DNA of 24,000 bases, from positions 12,643-36,642 of the forward strand of contig CAYJJJ010000004.1 of the NCBI GenBank assembly GCA_964370465.1, read 5' to 3'. Positions 1-8,928 of the stretch are shown here, piece by piece; the first letter of the stretch is position 1, and each line of letters opens with the position of its first letter. Below the pieces are notes generated by a model that was not told the origin of the DNA, did not search any database, and saw only the letters and a list, made by a program, of their open reading frames with translations. Source of the stretch: an uncultured Oscillospiraceae bacterium. GTDB lineage: Bacteria > Bacillota > Clostridia > Oscillospirales > Ruminococcaceae. The position numbers were made by a program, and so were the translations under genes.

Positions 1-973
1 CACCAGTGAAGCTTATATTTTGCTTTGTAAAAGCTTCCATGATAATCTGCGCATTCTCGAGATAGTATTTGATGTTTTCAGATATCTGCGCACGTCCTAT
101 CTCTGAGAAAATAGCCTGCGCTCCACGCTGTATTATATACGGCACACCGTTGAATTTCGTTGTCTGGCGACGAAGCCAGAAGCTGTTTAAACTATCTCCA
201 TCGGACTCGATAGCTTTTGGAACAACTGTATATCCGCATCGGGTGCCTGTGAAACCGGCCGTCTTTGAAAGTGAACAAAATTCAATTGCGCATTTGTTTG
301 CACCGCATATTTCATAAATTGTTGTTGGAAGGCTTTTATCGGTGATAAAAGCTTCATATGCACTGTCAAAGAGGATTATAGCTTTTTCTTTTAGCGCGTA
401 GTCAACCCATACTTTAAGTTGCTCTTTGCTGTATACAGCACCTGTTGGGTTGTTTGGTGAGCATAGATAGATAATATCTGCGTGAATATCGGGGTTTGGC
501 ATCGGAAGGAAGTTGTTTTCGCTATTTCCCTCTATCAAAATAATCTCTCTGCCAGCCATAATATTTGTATCGATATAAACAGGGTAGACAGGATTTGGAA
601 TCATAACAACATTATCTTTATCAAAGATATCGAGGATATTTCCAATATCACTTTTTGCGCCGTCGCTTATGAATATCTCATCAATTCCAACATTTACGCC
701 TTTTTCACTGTAATACCGCGAGATTGCTTCACGAAGGAAGCCGTATCCTTGTTCTTCGCCGTACCCTTTAAAGGTGCTGCTATCGCTCATCTCTAAAACT
801 GCCTTTTGCATAGCTTCAATTGATGCTTTCGGCAACGGAAGGGTAACATCACCTATTCCAAGTCTTATTATATCACTTTTTGGGTTGTTTTCCTTAAAAT
901 CTGCAACTTTCTTTGCAATATTTGAAAAAAGATAGCTTTGTTCTAAGTTTTTATAGTTTTTATTAAGTTTCAT
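1..973 (-). CDS. dapL: LL-diaminopimelate aminotransferase (DapL-type class I PLP aminotransferase). N-terminal ~324 codons only; the gene continues past the left edge.
   Basis: Absent from the ORF track because it is open at the window edge. Manual minus-strand translation from the ATG at 973-971 gives [48 protein letters not shown]...[19 protein letters not shown]...[17 protein letters not shown]...[17 protein letters not shown]...[10 protein letters not shown]...[16 protein letters not shown]. These blocks match DapL hallmarks as I remember them, including the SxSK PLP-lysine motif. The ATG overlaps the pyrG stop (ATGA at 970-973). The neighbouring dapF fits the lysine/DAP pathway. Confidence 0.8.
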   Translation of the reverse strand, partial: MKLNKNYKNLEQSYLFSNIAKKVADFKENNPKSDIIRLGIGDVTLPLPKASIEAMQKAVLEMSDSSTFKGYGEEQGYGFLREAISRYYSEKGVNVGIDEIFISDGAKSDIGNILDIFDKDNVVMIPNPVYPVYIDTNIMAGREIILIEGNSENNFLPMPNPDIHADIIYLCSPNNPTGAVYSKEQLKVWVDYALKEKAIILFDSAYEAFITDKSLPTTIYEICGANKCAIEFCSLSKTAGFTGTRCGYTVVPKAIESDGDSLNSFWLRRQTTKFNGVPYIIQRGAQAIFSEIGRAQISENIKYYLENAQIIMEAFTKQNISFTG

Positions 974-2577
974 ATATCACCTCTTTTTCCCAGTGCCGCC
1001 TGCACAAGTCCTAAGAAAAGCGGATGGGCTTTATTTGGTCTGCTCTTAAACTCAGGGTGGAACTGCACTGCAACAAAATATCTGCAACTGCTGTTTTCAA
1101 CCGCCTCAACAAGAGTTTCATCGGGGGAGTAACCGCTGATTTTGAGTCCTCTCATCTCCATTATCTCACGATAATAGTTGTTAAACTCAAATCGGTGACG
1201 ATGCCTCTCATCAATCAGCTTGCTATTGTATAGCGTTTGTAGTTTTGTGCTATAAACTGTCTTGCAAGGGTATGAGCCAAGACGCATTGTGCCCCCCTTA
1301 TCAGTTACATTTATCTGACTATCCATAATATGGACAACAGGGTGGGGCGTATTTTCATCAAACTCTTTTGAGTTTGCACTCTCGAGTTTGCAAACATTTC
1401 TTGCAAATTCTATTACAGCAATCTGCATACCAAGACAAATTCCAAGGAAAGGTATATCGTTCTCTCTTGCGTACTTGCAGGCGTTTATTTTCCCTTCGAT
1501 GCCTCTGTCGCCAAATCCACCTGGAATTATCATTCCATCGATATTTGCAAAGAGTTTCGGCGCGCTTTCTTCGGTCACAAGTTCGCTGTCTATCCATTCG
1601 ATTGCTATCTCAGAGCCTTCGTTGTAACCAGCATGTTGAAGCGCTTCTGAAACTGAAAGATATGCATCATGAAGCTGGACATATTTGCCGACAATAGCGA
1701 TAGTAATCTTTTTATCCCTATCATCGATTTTTTTAAGCATTAGTTTCCATTCAGTTAAATCGCAAGGTTTAGCTTCGAGTTTAAGTTCTCGACAAACTAT
1801 CTCATCAAGACCTCTTTCATGAAGCATCAAAGGCGCTTGATAGAGGTGTGGCATCGTTGCATTTTCTATAACGCAATCCCGCTTGACATTACAAAACATC
1901 GATAGCTTTTCAAGGGTGTCTTCATCTATCGCCTCATCAGCCCTTGTTATAATTATATTGGGGGAGATACCTATTGAACGTAGCTCTTTAACTGAGTGTT
2001 GAGTTGGTTTCGATTTATGCTCGCCGCTCCATTTTAGGTAGGGGACAAATGTAACATGTATGAACAGACAATTATCACTGCCAACTTCGAGTGAGAGCTG
2101 TCTTATCGCTTCTAAAAATGGTTGGCACTCAATATCTCCCGAAGTGCCTCCGATTTCGGTTATCACTACATCTGCGCCGCTATATTTTGCATTGTCATAG
2201 ATAAACTGCTTGATTTCATTTGTTATGTGTGGGATTACCTGAACTGTTTTTCCAAGGTATCCGCCCTGTCGCTCTCTTGTTATAACATTGTGGTAAACTC
2301 TGCCAGAGGTTAGATTTGAGTGTTTTGTCAGATTTTCATCAATAAACCGCTCGTAGTGACCGAGGTCGAGGTCTGTTTCAGCGCCATCATCGGTAACATA
2401 AACTTCACCATGTTGGTATGGACTCATGGTACCAGGGTCAACGTTCATATACGGATCAAGTTTTTGCGCCGCTATTTTAAAGCCACGTTGTTTTAAAAGT
2501 CTGCCAAGGCTTGCCGCTGTTATGCCCTTGCCAAGCCCTGAAACAACTCCACCTGTTACAAAAATAAATTTTGTCAT
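970..2577 (-). CDS. pyrG: CTP synthase (glutamine-hydrolysing)
   Basis: 535-aa ORF. The N-terminus [23 protein letters not shown] is the classic CTP synthase P-loop-like motif. The C-terminal class I glutamine amidotransferase domain contains GICLGMQ and HRHRFEFN. The ATG overlaps the dapF stop (ATGA at 2574-2577). Confidence 0.97.
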   Translation of the reverse strand: MTKFIFVTGGVVSGLGKGITAASLGRLLKQRGFKIAAQKLDPYMNVDPGTMSPYQHGEVYVTDDGAETDLDLGHYERFIDENLTKHSNLTSGRVYHNVITRERQGGYLGKTVQVIPHITNEIKQFIYDNAKYSGADVVITEIGGTSGDIECQPFLEAIRQLSLEVGSDNCLFIHVTFVPYLKWSGEHKSKPTQHSVKELRSIGISPNIIITRADEAIDEDTLEKLSMFCNVKRDCVIENATMPHLYQAPLMLHERGLDEIVCRELKLEAKPCDLTEWKLMLKKIDDRDKKITIAIVGKYVQLHDAYLSVSEALQHAGYNEGSEIAIEWIDSELVTEESAPKLFANIDGMIIPGGFGDRGIEGKINACKYARENDIPFLGICLGMQIAVIEFARNVCKLESANSKEFDENTPHPVVHIMDSQINVTDKGGTMRLGSYPCKTVYSTKLQTLYNSKLIDERHRHRFEFNNYYREIMEMRGLKISGYSPDETLVEAVENSSCRYFVAVQFHPEFKSRPNKAHPLFLGLVQAALGKRGDI

Positions 2578-3443
2578 ATAATAACCTCTCCATCGAAAAC
2601 TTTTTCACATTCACCGGTCATAAATACTGCTTTATCTGTGCATTTAATCGTGAGCTCACCACCTAAAAGTGAAACGGTGATATCGGTATCTTTTTCGCAA
2701 AACCCGAGTTTCACAGCCGCGCATACAGCTGCACAAGCACCAGTACCGCATGCCATAGTCTCGCCGCTACCTCTCTCCCAAACTCTCATTAGTAACTTTG
2801 TTTTAGAAACAATTTGAATAAACTCTACGTTTGTTTTTTCGGGAAATATATCGGCATTCTCAATAGGCTTTCCTAAACCCTCGACATCGATAGTTGAAAA
2901 ATCCTTTATTTCCTCAAAACCAAAAATCACAGCATGTGGGTTTCCCATAGAAACACAGGTGATTTTGTGAGTAGTGCCATCTATAGTAACCTCTCTGTCT
3001 AATATTTCATCGCCATCTAATTTTACCGGTATTAATGCAGGGTCGAAAATTGCGGCCCCCATATCGACACATACAGACTTAACAATATCGTTTTCTATAA
3101 AAAGCTTAAGAGTTTTTATACCACTTAGCGTTTCGATTTTTAGGATATCTTTTTTAGCTATATCATTTTCATATAGATACTTTGCAACGCAACGTATAGC
3201 GTTTCCGCACATCTTACCCTCGCTACCATCGATATTAAACATTCGCATTTTAGCGTCTGCTATATCAGATGGAGCAATAAGCACTATCCCATCGCCACCT
3301 ATACCGCTATTTCTATCTGATAGCTTAATTGCAATATCCTGTGGGGTTGGGAAGGGGAGAGATTCGGTTGCAAAGTTATTAAAGAGGTTGAAATATATAT
3401 AATCGTTTTTACATCCGTGCATCTTTGTGAATTTTAATTTCAT
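2574..3443 (-). CDS. dapF: Diaminopimelate epimerase
   Basis: The ORF track gives 2574-3455. The protein has DapF motifs: [36 protein letters not shown] (first catalytic Cys), GNPH, NVEF and [19 protein letters not shown] (second catalytic Cys). I prefer the ATG at 3443 ([10 protein letters not shown]) because AGGTGA lies about 9 nt upstream. GTG 3455 and ATG 3452 are alternative starts that overlap the upstream stop. Confidence 0.92.
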   Translation of the reverse strand: MKLKFTKMHGCKNDYIYFNLFNNFATESLPFPTPQDIAIKLSDRNSGIGGDGIVLIAPSDIADAKMRMFNIDGSEGKMCGNAIRCVAKYLYENDIAKKDILKIETLSGIKTLKLFIENDIVKSVCVDMGAAIFDPALIPVKLDGDEILDREVTIDGTTHKITCVSMGNPHAVIFGFEEIKDFSTIDVEGLGKPIENADIFPEKTNVEFIQIVSKTKLLMRVWERGSGETMACGTGACAAVCAAVKLGFCEKDTDITVSLLGGELTIKCTDKAVFMTGECEKVFDGEVII

Positions 3444-3451
3444 TGCAATCA

Positions 3452-4033
3452 TCACCTATCTTCATAAATTTTTAGTATTCCCTCAGCAACTGCCCGACGT
3501 GTAATTCTGCCGTCCATTGCTTGTTTTTCAATATGTCTGTGAGCGTCTTCTTCGCTCATACTCAAATATGAAATAAGCAGATGTTTCGCCCTATCGATAA
3601 TTTTTATATCTTCAATTGTAGAAATAAGTTTTGCGTTTTCTTTTTCCATAATTGATAGCCTATTAAATGAAGCTTTTGCGAGTTTTAGTGAAAACCAAAA
3701 TATATTTCTGTTAAGTGGTTTTGAAACAGTTATGACACCAAAATCCTCGACTTTGCGTGATACTTCGTCGTAGTAATCATTATTTACAAGTAAAATAACT
3801 TGGCTTTTGTGTTTTGATGTGATGTCTATAGAGAGCCGCTCACCAGTTTCATCTTTTAGTGGAAAGTTAATTATTACTATATCAAATTCCTGTTCATTTA
3901 GTTTTCGCCGAGCCTCTGAAACAGAGGTAGCAATTACTATTCGTTCCAAAGAAAATTCGCTCAGTTGTTGTTTTATAAAATCAGTTGCTTTTGATACACT
4001 TGATACAATTAGTCCCGTTTCGATATATGCCAC
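3452..4033 (-). CDS. ANTAR-domain RNA-binding antiterminator with an atypical (pseudo-)receiver N-terminal domain
   Basis: 193 aa, GTG start preceded by GGAGGAGG. The C-terminal segment IIDRAKHLLISYLSMSEEDAHRHIEKQAMDGRITRRAVAEGIL fits the ANTAR helical pattern. The N-terminal ~120 aa has a receiver-like beta-alpha layout and keeps the conserved K-P (VSKPL). It has SS where the acidic pair is expected and N56 in FDIVIIN where the phospho-acceptor Asp is expected. Confidence 0.85.
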   Translation of the reverse strand: MAYIETGLIVSSVSKATDFIKQQLSEFSLERIVIATSVSEARRKLNEQEFDIVIINFPLKDETGERLSIDITSKHKSQVILLVNNDYYDEVSRKVEDFGVITVSKPLNRNIFWFSLKLAKASFNRLSIMEKENAKLISTIEDIKIIDRAKHLLISYLSMSEEDAHRHIEKQAMDGRITRRAVAEGILKIYEDR

Positions 4034-4056
4034 CTCCTCCGTAAATTATTTTAAAT

Positions 4057-5349
4057 TTAAAACTGACGGAAATAGTTGAGTTCTGAAAATTCGCAGTTAT
4101 CAAGATTGCTTTCAAAACGAACAATCTCATTGCGCTTCTTATCGAGATAATCAGCAAGGAAACTCTCACCCACTACCGATGAAACAAATTCTGATTTTGA
4201 AGCTACTTCGAGTGCTGTCTTCAAGTCGCTTGGAAGCTTTTTGAAATTATTCTCAATTGGTGAATCATAGTTTGTCTTTTCATCTAAGGTGAGGTTATTT
4301 TCAATTCCGTAAAGCCCTGATGCAATTATAAGTGCATACGCTATATATGGATTTACTGTAGGGTCCGGGGAGCGAAGTGTTACCCGTGTGCGTTTGTTGT
4401 CGATTTTTGGCGTTGTTAAAAGCTGAAGTGTGTTATTCTCAGACCAACAGATGTCTGACGGTGCAAACATCTCGCCAAAGCGATCATATGAGTTTATATT
4501 TGGATTTAAAAAAGCTGTAATCTCTTCAATTTTTGACATAATGCCAGCTATAAAGCTCTCTGCAACTGCCGAGTTTTCTGAGAATATATTTTCTCCGCCT
4601 TTATTAAGTGAAAGATTAATATGCATACCACTTCCGTCTTTATCGGGTAATGGTTTGGGCATAAATGAAGCAAAAAGGCCGTTTCTCGCTGCAATAGCTT
4701 TTACTACCGACTTGAAAGTCAAGAAATTGTCAGCAGACTGCAAAGCATCTCTGTATTTGAAATCTATTTCATTTTGACCAGGACCTTTTTCGTGATATGA
4801 TGTTTCGGGGTGAAGTCCCATCTCCTCAAGTGTTAAGCAGATTTCTCTTCTGATATTTTCACCCTTATCGAGTGGTGCGATATCGAGATATCCGCCGTTA
4901 TCAAGCGTTTCATAAGTGGGCTCGCCGTTTTCATCTGTTTTGAAAAGATAAAACTCACAGTCAGCGCCAATTTTGCATCTGTAACCCATATCTGCCGCCT
5001 GTGCAAGCACCTTTTCTAAAATATATCTGCTATCTCTATCATATCGCTTTCCATCAGGTGTTTTAATATCACAGTAAAAGCGAATAACTCTGCCGGGATC
5101 TGGTCGCCAAGGTAGAACAGTCAGAGTTGTGGCGATAGGGAATAGTCTTAGTTCGCATTGCTTTGTTCCTTCGAATCCCTCTATTGCAAATCCATCGAAT
5201 GAAACCCCTTTTTCAAATGCATCTTCAAGCTCTTCACTTAGTATAGAGATGTTTTTATGAAAGCCAAATGGGCAACAAAAGCTAAGCCTTATAAATTTAA
5301 CATCGTTATCTGCTGCGAAGTTTAGTATCTCTTTATTAGTAGTGTTCAT
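4057..5349 (-). CDS. glnA: Glutamine synthetase, type I family (short, 430 aa)
   Basis: GS beta-grasp N-domain (VKFIRLSFCCPFG...) and catalytic domain with EFYLF, HHEKGPGQNEIDF-like (YHEKGPGQNEIDF), GSGMHINLSL and NPYIAYALIIASGLYGI. A consensus promoter and a leader lie upstream. Confidence 0.9.
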   Translation of the reverse strand: MNTTNKEILNFAADNDVKFIRLSFCCPFGFHKNISILSEELEDAFEKGVSFDGFAIEGFEGTKQCELRLFPIATTLTVLPWRPDPGRVIRFYCDIKTPDGKRYDRDSRYILEKVLAQAADMGYRCKIGADCEFYLFKTDENGEPTYETLDNGGYLDIAPLDKGENIRREICLTLEEMGLHPETSYHEKGPGQNEIDFKYRDALQSADNFLTFKSVVKAIAARNGLFASFMPKPLPDKDGSGMHINLSLNKGGENIFSENSAVAESFIAGIMSKIEEITAFLNPNINSYDRFGEMFAPSDICWSENNTLQLLTTPKIDNKRTRVTLRSPDPTVNPYIAYALIIASGLYGIENNLTLDEKTNYDSPIENNFKKLPSDLKTALEVASKSEFVSSVVGESFLADYLDKKRNEIVRFESNLDNCEFSELNYFRQF

Positions 5350-5423
5350 ATCAATTGACCTTTCTTTATAATGTAGATATAAATATAGTATTATTATTTT
5401 TTGTCTTTTTCAATATAAAAAAT

Positions 5424-5492
5424 AAAAAAGCGGTCATCAATCAGAGGTTAGGTGTCTGCTGACACGTTATCTGATGATGAACGCCGTTGTTC
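5424..5492 (-). promoter_or_regulatory. glnA 5' leader element: hexaloop hairpin overlapping an intrinsic terminator (attenuator)
   Basis: Minus-strand RNA. Hairpin GAAC (5492-5489), loop AACGGC (5488-5483), GUUC (5482-5479). Long hairpin: 5' arm 5484-5471 pairs with 3' arm 5444-5430 (13 bp, one mismatch, one bulge). Apical hairpin GUGUC-AGCA-GACAC. U6 follows directly at 5429-5424. The small hairpin and the terminator base share nucleotides, so they are mutually exclusive. Confidence 0.6.
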
Positions 5493-5501
5493 TCGGTATT
5501 T

Positions 5502-5530
5502 ATTATAAACCTCTGAAATGTAAATGTCAA
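5502..5530 (-). promoter_or_regulatory. Sigma-A type promoter for the glnA operon
   Basis: On the minus strand: TTGACA (5530-5525), 17-nt spacer, TATAAT (5507-5502). This is a perfect consensus. The predicted TSS near 5495 lies 2-3 nt before the leader hairpin. Confidence 0.7.
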
Positions 5531-5552
5531 CAAAAAAATATTAAAAAAAATG

Positions 5553-5581
5553 TTGACAATGAAATGAGGCTGTGATATACT
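5553..5581 (+). promoter_or_regulatory. Sigma-A type promoter for asnA-glnN
   Basis: TTGACA (5553-5558), 17-nt spacer, TATACT (5576-5581). The predicted TSS near 5588 lies about 5 nt before the leader hairpin. Confidence 0.7.
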
Positions 5582-5593
5582 GCAAAGCATAGA

Positions 5594-5638
5594 CAGCAAA
5601 GGCGCTGTGAGCTTTATTAGCTTGCAGTGTCTTTTTTT
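5594..5638 (+). promoter_or_regulatory. asnA 5' leader element: hexaloop hairpin overlapping an intrinsic terminator (attenuator)
   Basis: Hairpin CAGC (5594-5597), loop AAAGGC (5598-5603), GCUG (5604-5607). Terminator: 5' arm 5601-5613 pairs with 3' arm 5619-5631 (13 bp including 4 G-U pairs), loop UUAUU, followed directly by U7 (5632-5638). The hexaloop 3' half and the 3' stem form the base of the terminator. Confidence 0.6.
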
Positions 5639-5685
5639 GTTTTTAACAAGCAAGTTGTTTTCAAAATTGAGAGGAGAAAAAAGTT

Positions 5686-6693
5686 ATGAGTATTACAAAA
5701 ACAGTTGAAGGTTATAAATCGGCACTGTCGGTTTATGAAACGCAAAAAGCTATTGGCATGTTGAAGAGGAGCTTTGAAGATAATCTTTCGACAAAACTCA
5801 ATTTAGCAAGAGTATCGGCACCACTTTTTGTTTTACCGACAACTGGTCTTAACGATGATCTCAACGGAGTGGAACGTGCAGTTGCATTTGATGTTTTGGA
5901 AACAGGGGAGGAACTGCAGATAGTTCACTCACTTGCAAAATGGAAAAGAATGGCACTTCACAAATATGACTTTAAAGTCGGGGAAGGACTCTACACCGAC
6001 ATGAACGCCATAAGACGTGATGAGGAGATGGATAATCTCCATTCTATATATGTTGATCAGTGGGACTGGGAGAAGGTTATTAGCCGCGAGATTAGAACAG
6101 TAGAGGAGCTCAAAGCAACTGTAGTAAAGATAGTAGATGCTATCTGTGATACACAAGATGTTGTAAAAGCAGCTCATCCAGAACTCAAAACAACACTTTC
6201 AAGAGATGTTAAGTTTGTAACCACTGGGGAGCTTTTGGATATCTATCCAACGCTTACACCTAAAGAGAGGGAAGATGCATACCTCAAAGAGCATAAAACA
6301 GCATTCATTATGCAGATTGGCGATAAGCTAAAAGACGGCATTAAGCACGACGGAAGAGCCCCGGACTACGACGACTGGGCGTTAAACGGAGATATTGTTT
6401 TCTGGAGCGATGTGCTAGGATGTGCATTTGAAATTTCGTCTATGGGAATTCGTGTTGATGAAGTGTCGCTTGCGCAGCAGCTGAAAAAAGCTGGATGCGA
6501 AGAGCGCCGCGATTTACCATTCCACAAAGCTCTGCTCGCAGGGGAGCTACCACTCACAATGGGTGGCGGTATCGGTCAATCGAGATGTTGTATGTTGTTG
6601 CTTGAAAAAGCGCACATAGGTGAAGTTCAAGTTTCATACTGGGATAAAGCGACTGTTTCGAGTTGTGAGTCCAGCGGTATAACACTACTATAA
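5686..6693 (+). CDS. asnA: Aspartate--ammonia ligase (asparagine synthetase A)
   Basis: 335 aa. Blocks match AsnA as I remember it: [64 protein letters not shown] lies upstream. Confidence 0.93.
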   Translation: MSITKTVEGYKSALSVYETQKAIGMLKRSFEDNLSTKLNLARVSAPLFVLPTTGLNDDLNGVERAVAFDVLETGEELQIVHSLAKWKRMALHKYDFKVGEGLYTDMNAIRRDEEMDNLHSIYVDQWDWEKVISREIRTVEELKATVVKIVDAICDTQDVVKAAHPELKTTLSRDVKFVTTGELLDIYPTLTPKEREDAYLKEHKTAFIMQIGDKLKDGIKHDGRAPDYDDWALNGDIVFWSDVLGCAFEISSMGIRVDEVSLAQQLKKAGCEERRDLPFHKALLAGELPLTMGGGIGQSRCCMLLLEKAHIGEVQVSYWDKATVSSCESSGITLL

Positions 6694-6715
6694 TATAATG
6701 CAAGGAGTTAGTATT

Positions 6716-8803
6716 ATGAAAGATGTTCCAAATTTATTCGGAAGTTTAGTATTCAACGATAAGGTGATGAGGGCAAGACTTCCAAAAGATGTATATAAGA
6801 CGCTCAAAAGAACTATGGCAATGGGCAAGCATTTAGATGCTGACATTGCAAACGTAGTTGCTAATGCTATGAAAAACTGGGCGCTTGAAAAAGGTGCCAC
6901 ACACTTTACCCACTGGTTCCAGCCGATGACCGGTATAACAGCTGAAAAGCACGATAGCTTTATATCTCCAACTGATGATGGTAGTATTATAATGGAGCTT
7001 ACAGGTAAAGAGCTTATCAAAGGTGAGCCAGACGCTTCGAGTTTTCCATCAGGTGGTCTTCGTGTAACATTTGAGGCGAGAGGTTATACAGTTTGGGATA
7101 CAACATCTTATGCATTTATAAAGGATGAAACACTCTGCATACCAACTGCATTCTGCTCATATAGTGGTGAGGCGCTCGATAAAAAGACTCCTCTATTGCG
7201 CTCGATGGAAGCTATCGACAAGCAGGCTATGCGAGTGCTCCGTCTGTTTGGCAATGACAAGGCAAAAAGAGTTAATACAACAGTAGGACCAGAGCAAGAG
7301 TATTTCCTTGTTGATAAAGAGATGTATAAAAAGCGCCCCGACCTTATAAGTTGTGGCAGAACACTTTTCGGAGCAAGACCTGCTAAAGGTCAGGAGATGG
7401 ATGACCACTATTTTGGTAGTTTAAAGTCGAGGGTTTCAGCTTATATGAAAGAGCTCGATGAGGAGCTCTGGAAGCTTGGTATTTTTGCAAAGACAAAGCA
7501 CAATGAAGTGGCTCCTGCTCAGCACGAATTTGCACCTATCTTTACAACAACAAATATAGCGACTGACCACAATCAGCTAACAATGGAGCTTATGAAGAGC
7601 ATTGCAAATAAGCATGATCTTGTTTGTTTACTCCATGAAAAACCTTTTGCAGGTGTTAATGGAAGCGGTAAACACAACAACTGGTCCATTTCAACCGACA
7701 CAGGAACAAACCTGTTAGAGCCAGGAGAAACTCCACACGAAAATGCACAGTTTTTGCTATTCCTATCAGCTGTTGTGAAAGCTGTTGATATCTATCAAGA
7801 TATGCTTCGTATTTCGGTAGCTTCTGCTGGGAATGATCATCGCCTTGGTGCAAATGAAGCACCTCCGGCAATAGTTTCAATCTTCCTTGGTGATGAGCTC
7901 ACCGATATACTCGACGCTCTAAAAGGCGGTAATGACTACGAGGATAAAGGTAAAGTTGAAATGCAGATAGGTGCGAGCGTACTACCGCACTTTAGAAGAG
8001 ATACAACAGATAGAAACCGTACATCTCCTTTTGCATTTACAGGGAATAAGTTTGAGTTTAGAATGCTCGGCTCGGCTTTCTCGATATCTGGACCAAATAT
8101 TGTACTAAATGCAGCTGTTGCAGATGTGTTAGAAGGATTTGCAAACACTCTTGAAGGGGCGAAAGACTTTAACACAGCACTAAAAGAGCTAATTGCAAAA
8201 ACTATTAATGAACACGATAGAATAATATTTAACGGCAACAACTACTCTGATGAGTGGGTTGAAGAAGCAAAACGCAGAGGTCTATCAAATCTTATGACAA
8301 CTGTAGATGCGCTTCCAAGATTTATTGATAAAAAGAATATAGATATGTTTGTCCGCCAGGGAGTATTTACCGAAACAGAAATAATTTCGAGATACGAAAT
8401 TCTTCTTGAAAACTACTGTAAAACTGTCCATATAGAAGCGCTTACAATGGTTGACTTAGTAAATAAATATATCACACATTCTTCTTATGCATATCAAAAT
8501 GATCTTATGAAGCTCTATACAAGCAAAGAGAGTGCTGGATTTGATGTAACAGCAGAAAAAGCTCTTATAAATAAAATCTCACGCATAACTGCTTCATTAG
8601 TAGACAGCACAGACAGACTTTCAAGCAATCTTCTCAAAGTTAAATCAATTGAAGATTCTCTAGAGCATGCAAAGTTCTATCGCAGTAAGGTAGCACACTG
8701 TATGAATGAGATAAGACTTTCGGTTGACGAACTTGAGACAGTGATAGCTAAAAAACACTGGTATTTCCCATACTACTCAGAGCTGTTATACAGTGTTGAT
8801 TAA
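6716..8803 (+). CDS. glnN: Glutamine synthetase type III
   Basis: The ORF track starts at 6698. I prefer the ATG at 6716 ([15 protein letters not shown]...) because AAGGAG lies at about 6702-6707. The ~695 aa length and the blocks [23 protein letters not shown] and [16 protein letters not shown] are characteristic of GSIII. Confidence 0.92.
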   Translation: MKDVPNLFGSLVFNDKVMRARLPKDVYKTLKRTMAMGKHLDADIANVVANAMKNWALEKGATHFTHWFQPMTGITAEKHDSFISPTDDGSIIMELTGKELIKGEPDASSFPSGGLRVTFEARGYTVWDTTSYAFIKDETLCIPTAFCSYSGEALDKKTPLLRSMEAIDKQAMRVLRLFGNDKAKRVNTTVGPEQEYFLVDKEMYKKRPDLISCGRTLFGARPAKGQEMDDHYFGSLKSRVSAYMKELDEELWKLGIFAKTKHNEVAPAQHEFAPIFTTTNIATDHNQLTMELMKSIANKHDLVCLLHEKPFAGVNGSGKHNNWSISTDTGTNLLEPGETPHENAQFLLFLSAVVKAVDIYQDMLRISVASAGNDHRLGANEAPPAIVSIFLGDELTDILDALKGGNDYEDKGKVEMQIGASVLPHFRRDTTDRNRTSPFAFTGNKFEFRMLGSAFSISGPNIVLNAAVADVLEGFANTLEGAKDFNTALKELIAKTINEHDRIIFNGNNYSDEWVEEAKRRGLSNLMTTVDALPRFIDKKNIDMFVRQGVFTETEIISRYEILLENYCKTVHIEALTMVDLVNKYITHSSYAYQNDLMKLYTSKESAGFDVTAEKALINKISRITASLVDSTDRLSSNLLKVKSIEDSLEHAKFYRSKVAHCMNEIRLSVDELETVIAKKHWYFPYYSELLYSVD

Positions 8804-8928
8804 TTTTTGTTATAATTAGTAAAAATATTCCGTTTTCGGTTGCCGCTGTAGTGGTGAGAGCAAGTAATAAAAGCGAAGCGGAGTTTAATTAAAAAAATAA
8901 TGAAATAATGTTCTTTTCATTTATTTTT

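Noticed and set aside
69-796. Plus-strand ORFs 69-317 and 482-796 from the track
   Set aside because: They lie antisense to the clearly recognisable dapL reading frame, which the track missed because it is open-ended.
5471-5492. The string GGCGTTCATC in the glnA leader resembles the 5' end of the glutamine (glnA RNA) riboswitch
   Set aside because: I could not find the rest of the riboswitch consensus as I remember it (the GGAAGUA-type core and the closing AAGGAACGC). The segment is fully accounted for by the hexaloop hairpin and terminator arm.
5525-5558. Possible GlnR/TnrA operator (TGTNA-N7-TNACA) in the glnA/asnA promoter region, and a similar string TGTTATAATTAGTAAAA at 8808-8824
   Set aside because: The half-sites here are 18 nt apart rather than 7. 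The 8808 string lacks the second TNACA half. No glnR/tnrA gene is present in the locus, which instead encodes an ANTAR protein.
5441-5653. 70-aa minus-strand ORF from the track, covering the glnA/asnA intergenic region
   Set aside because: It spans both promoters and both leader terminators, has no RBS, and has a low-complexity hydrophobic translation. The region is better explained as regulatory DNA.
5582-5685. T-box or other large riboswitch upstream of asnA
   Set aside because: The leader is only about 100 nt. That is too short for a T-box, and no specifier or T-box sequence was seen.
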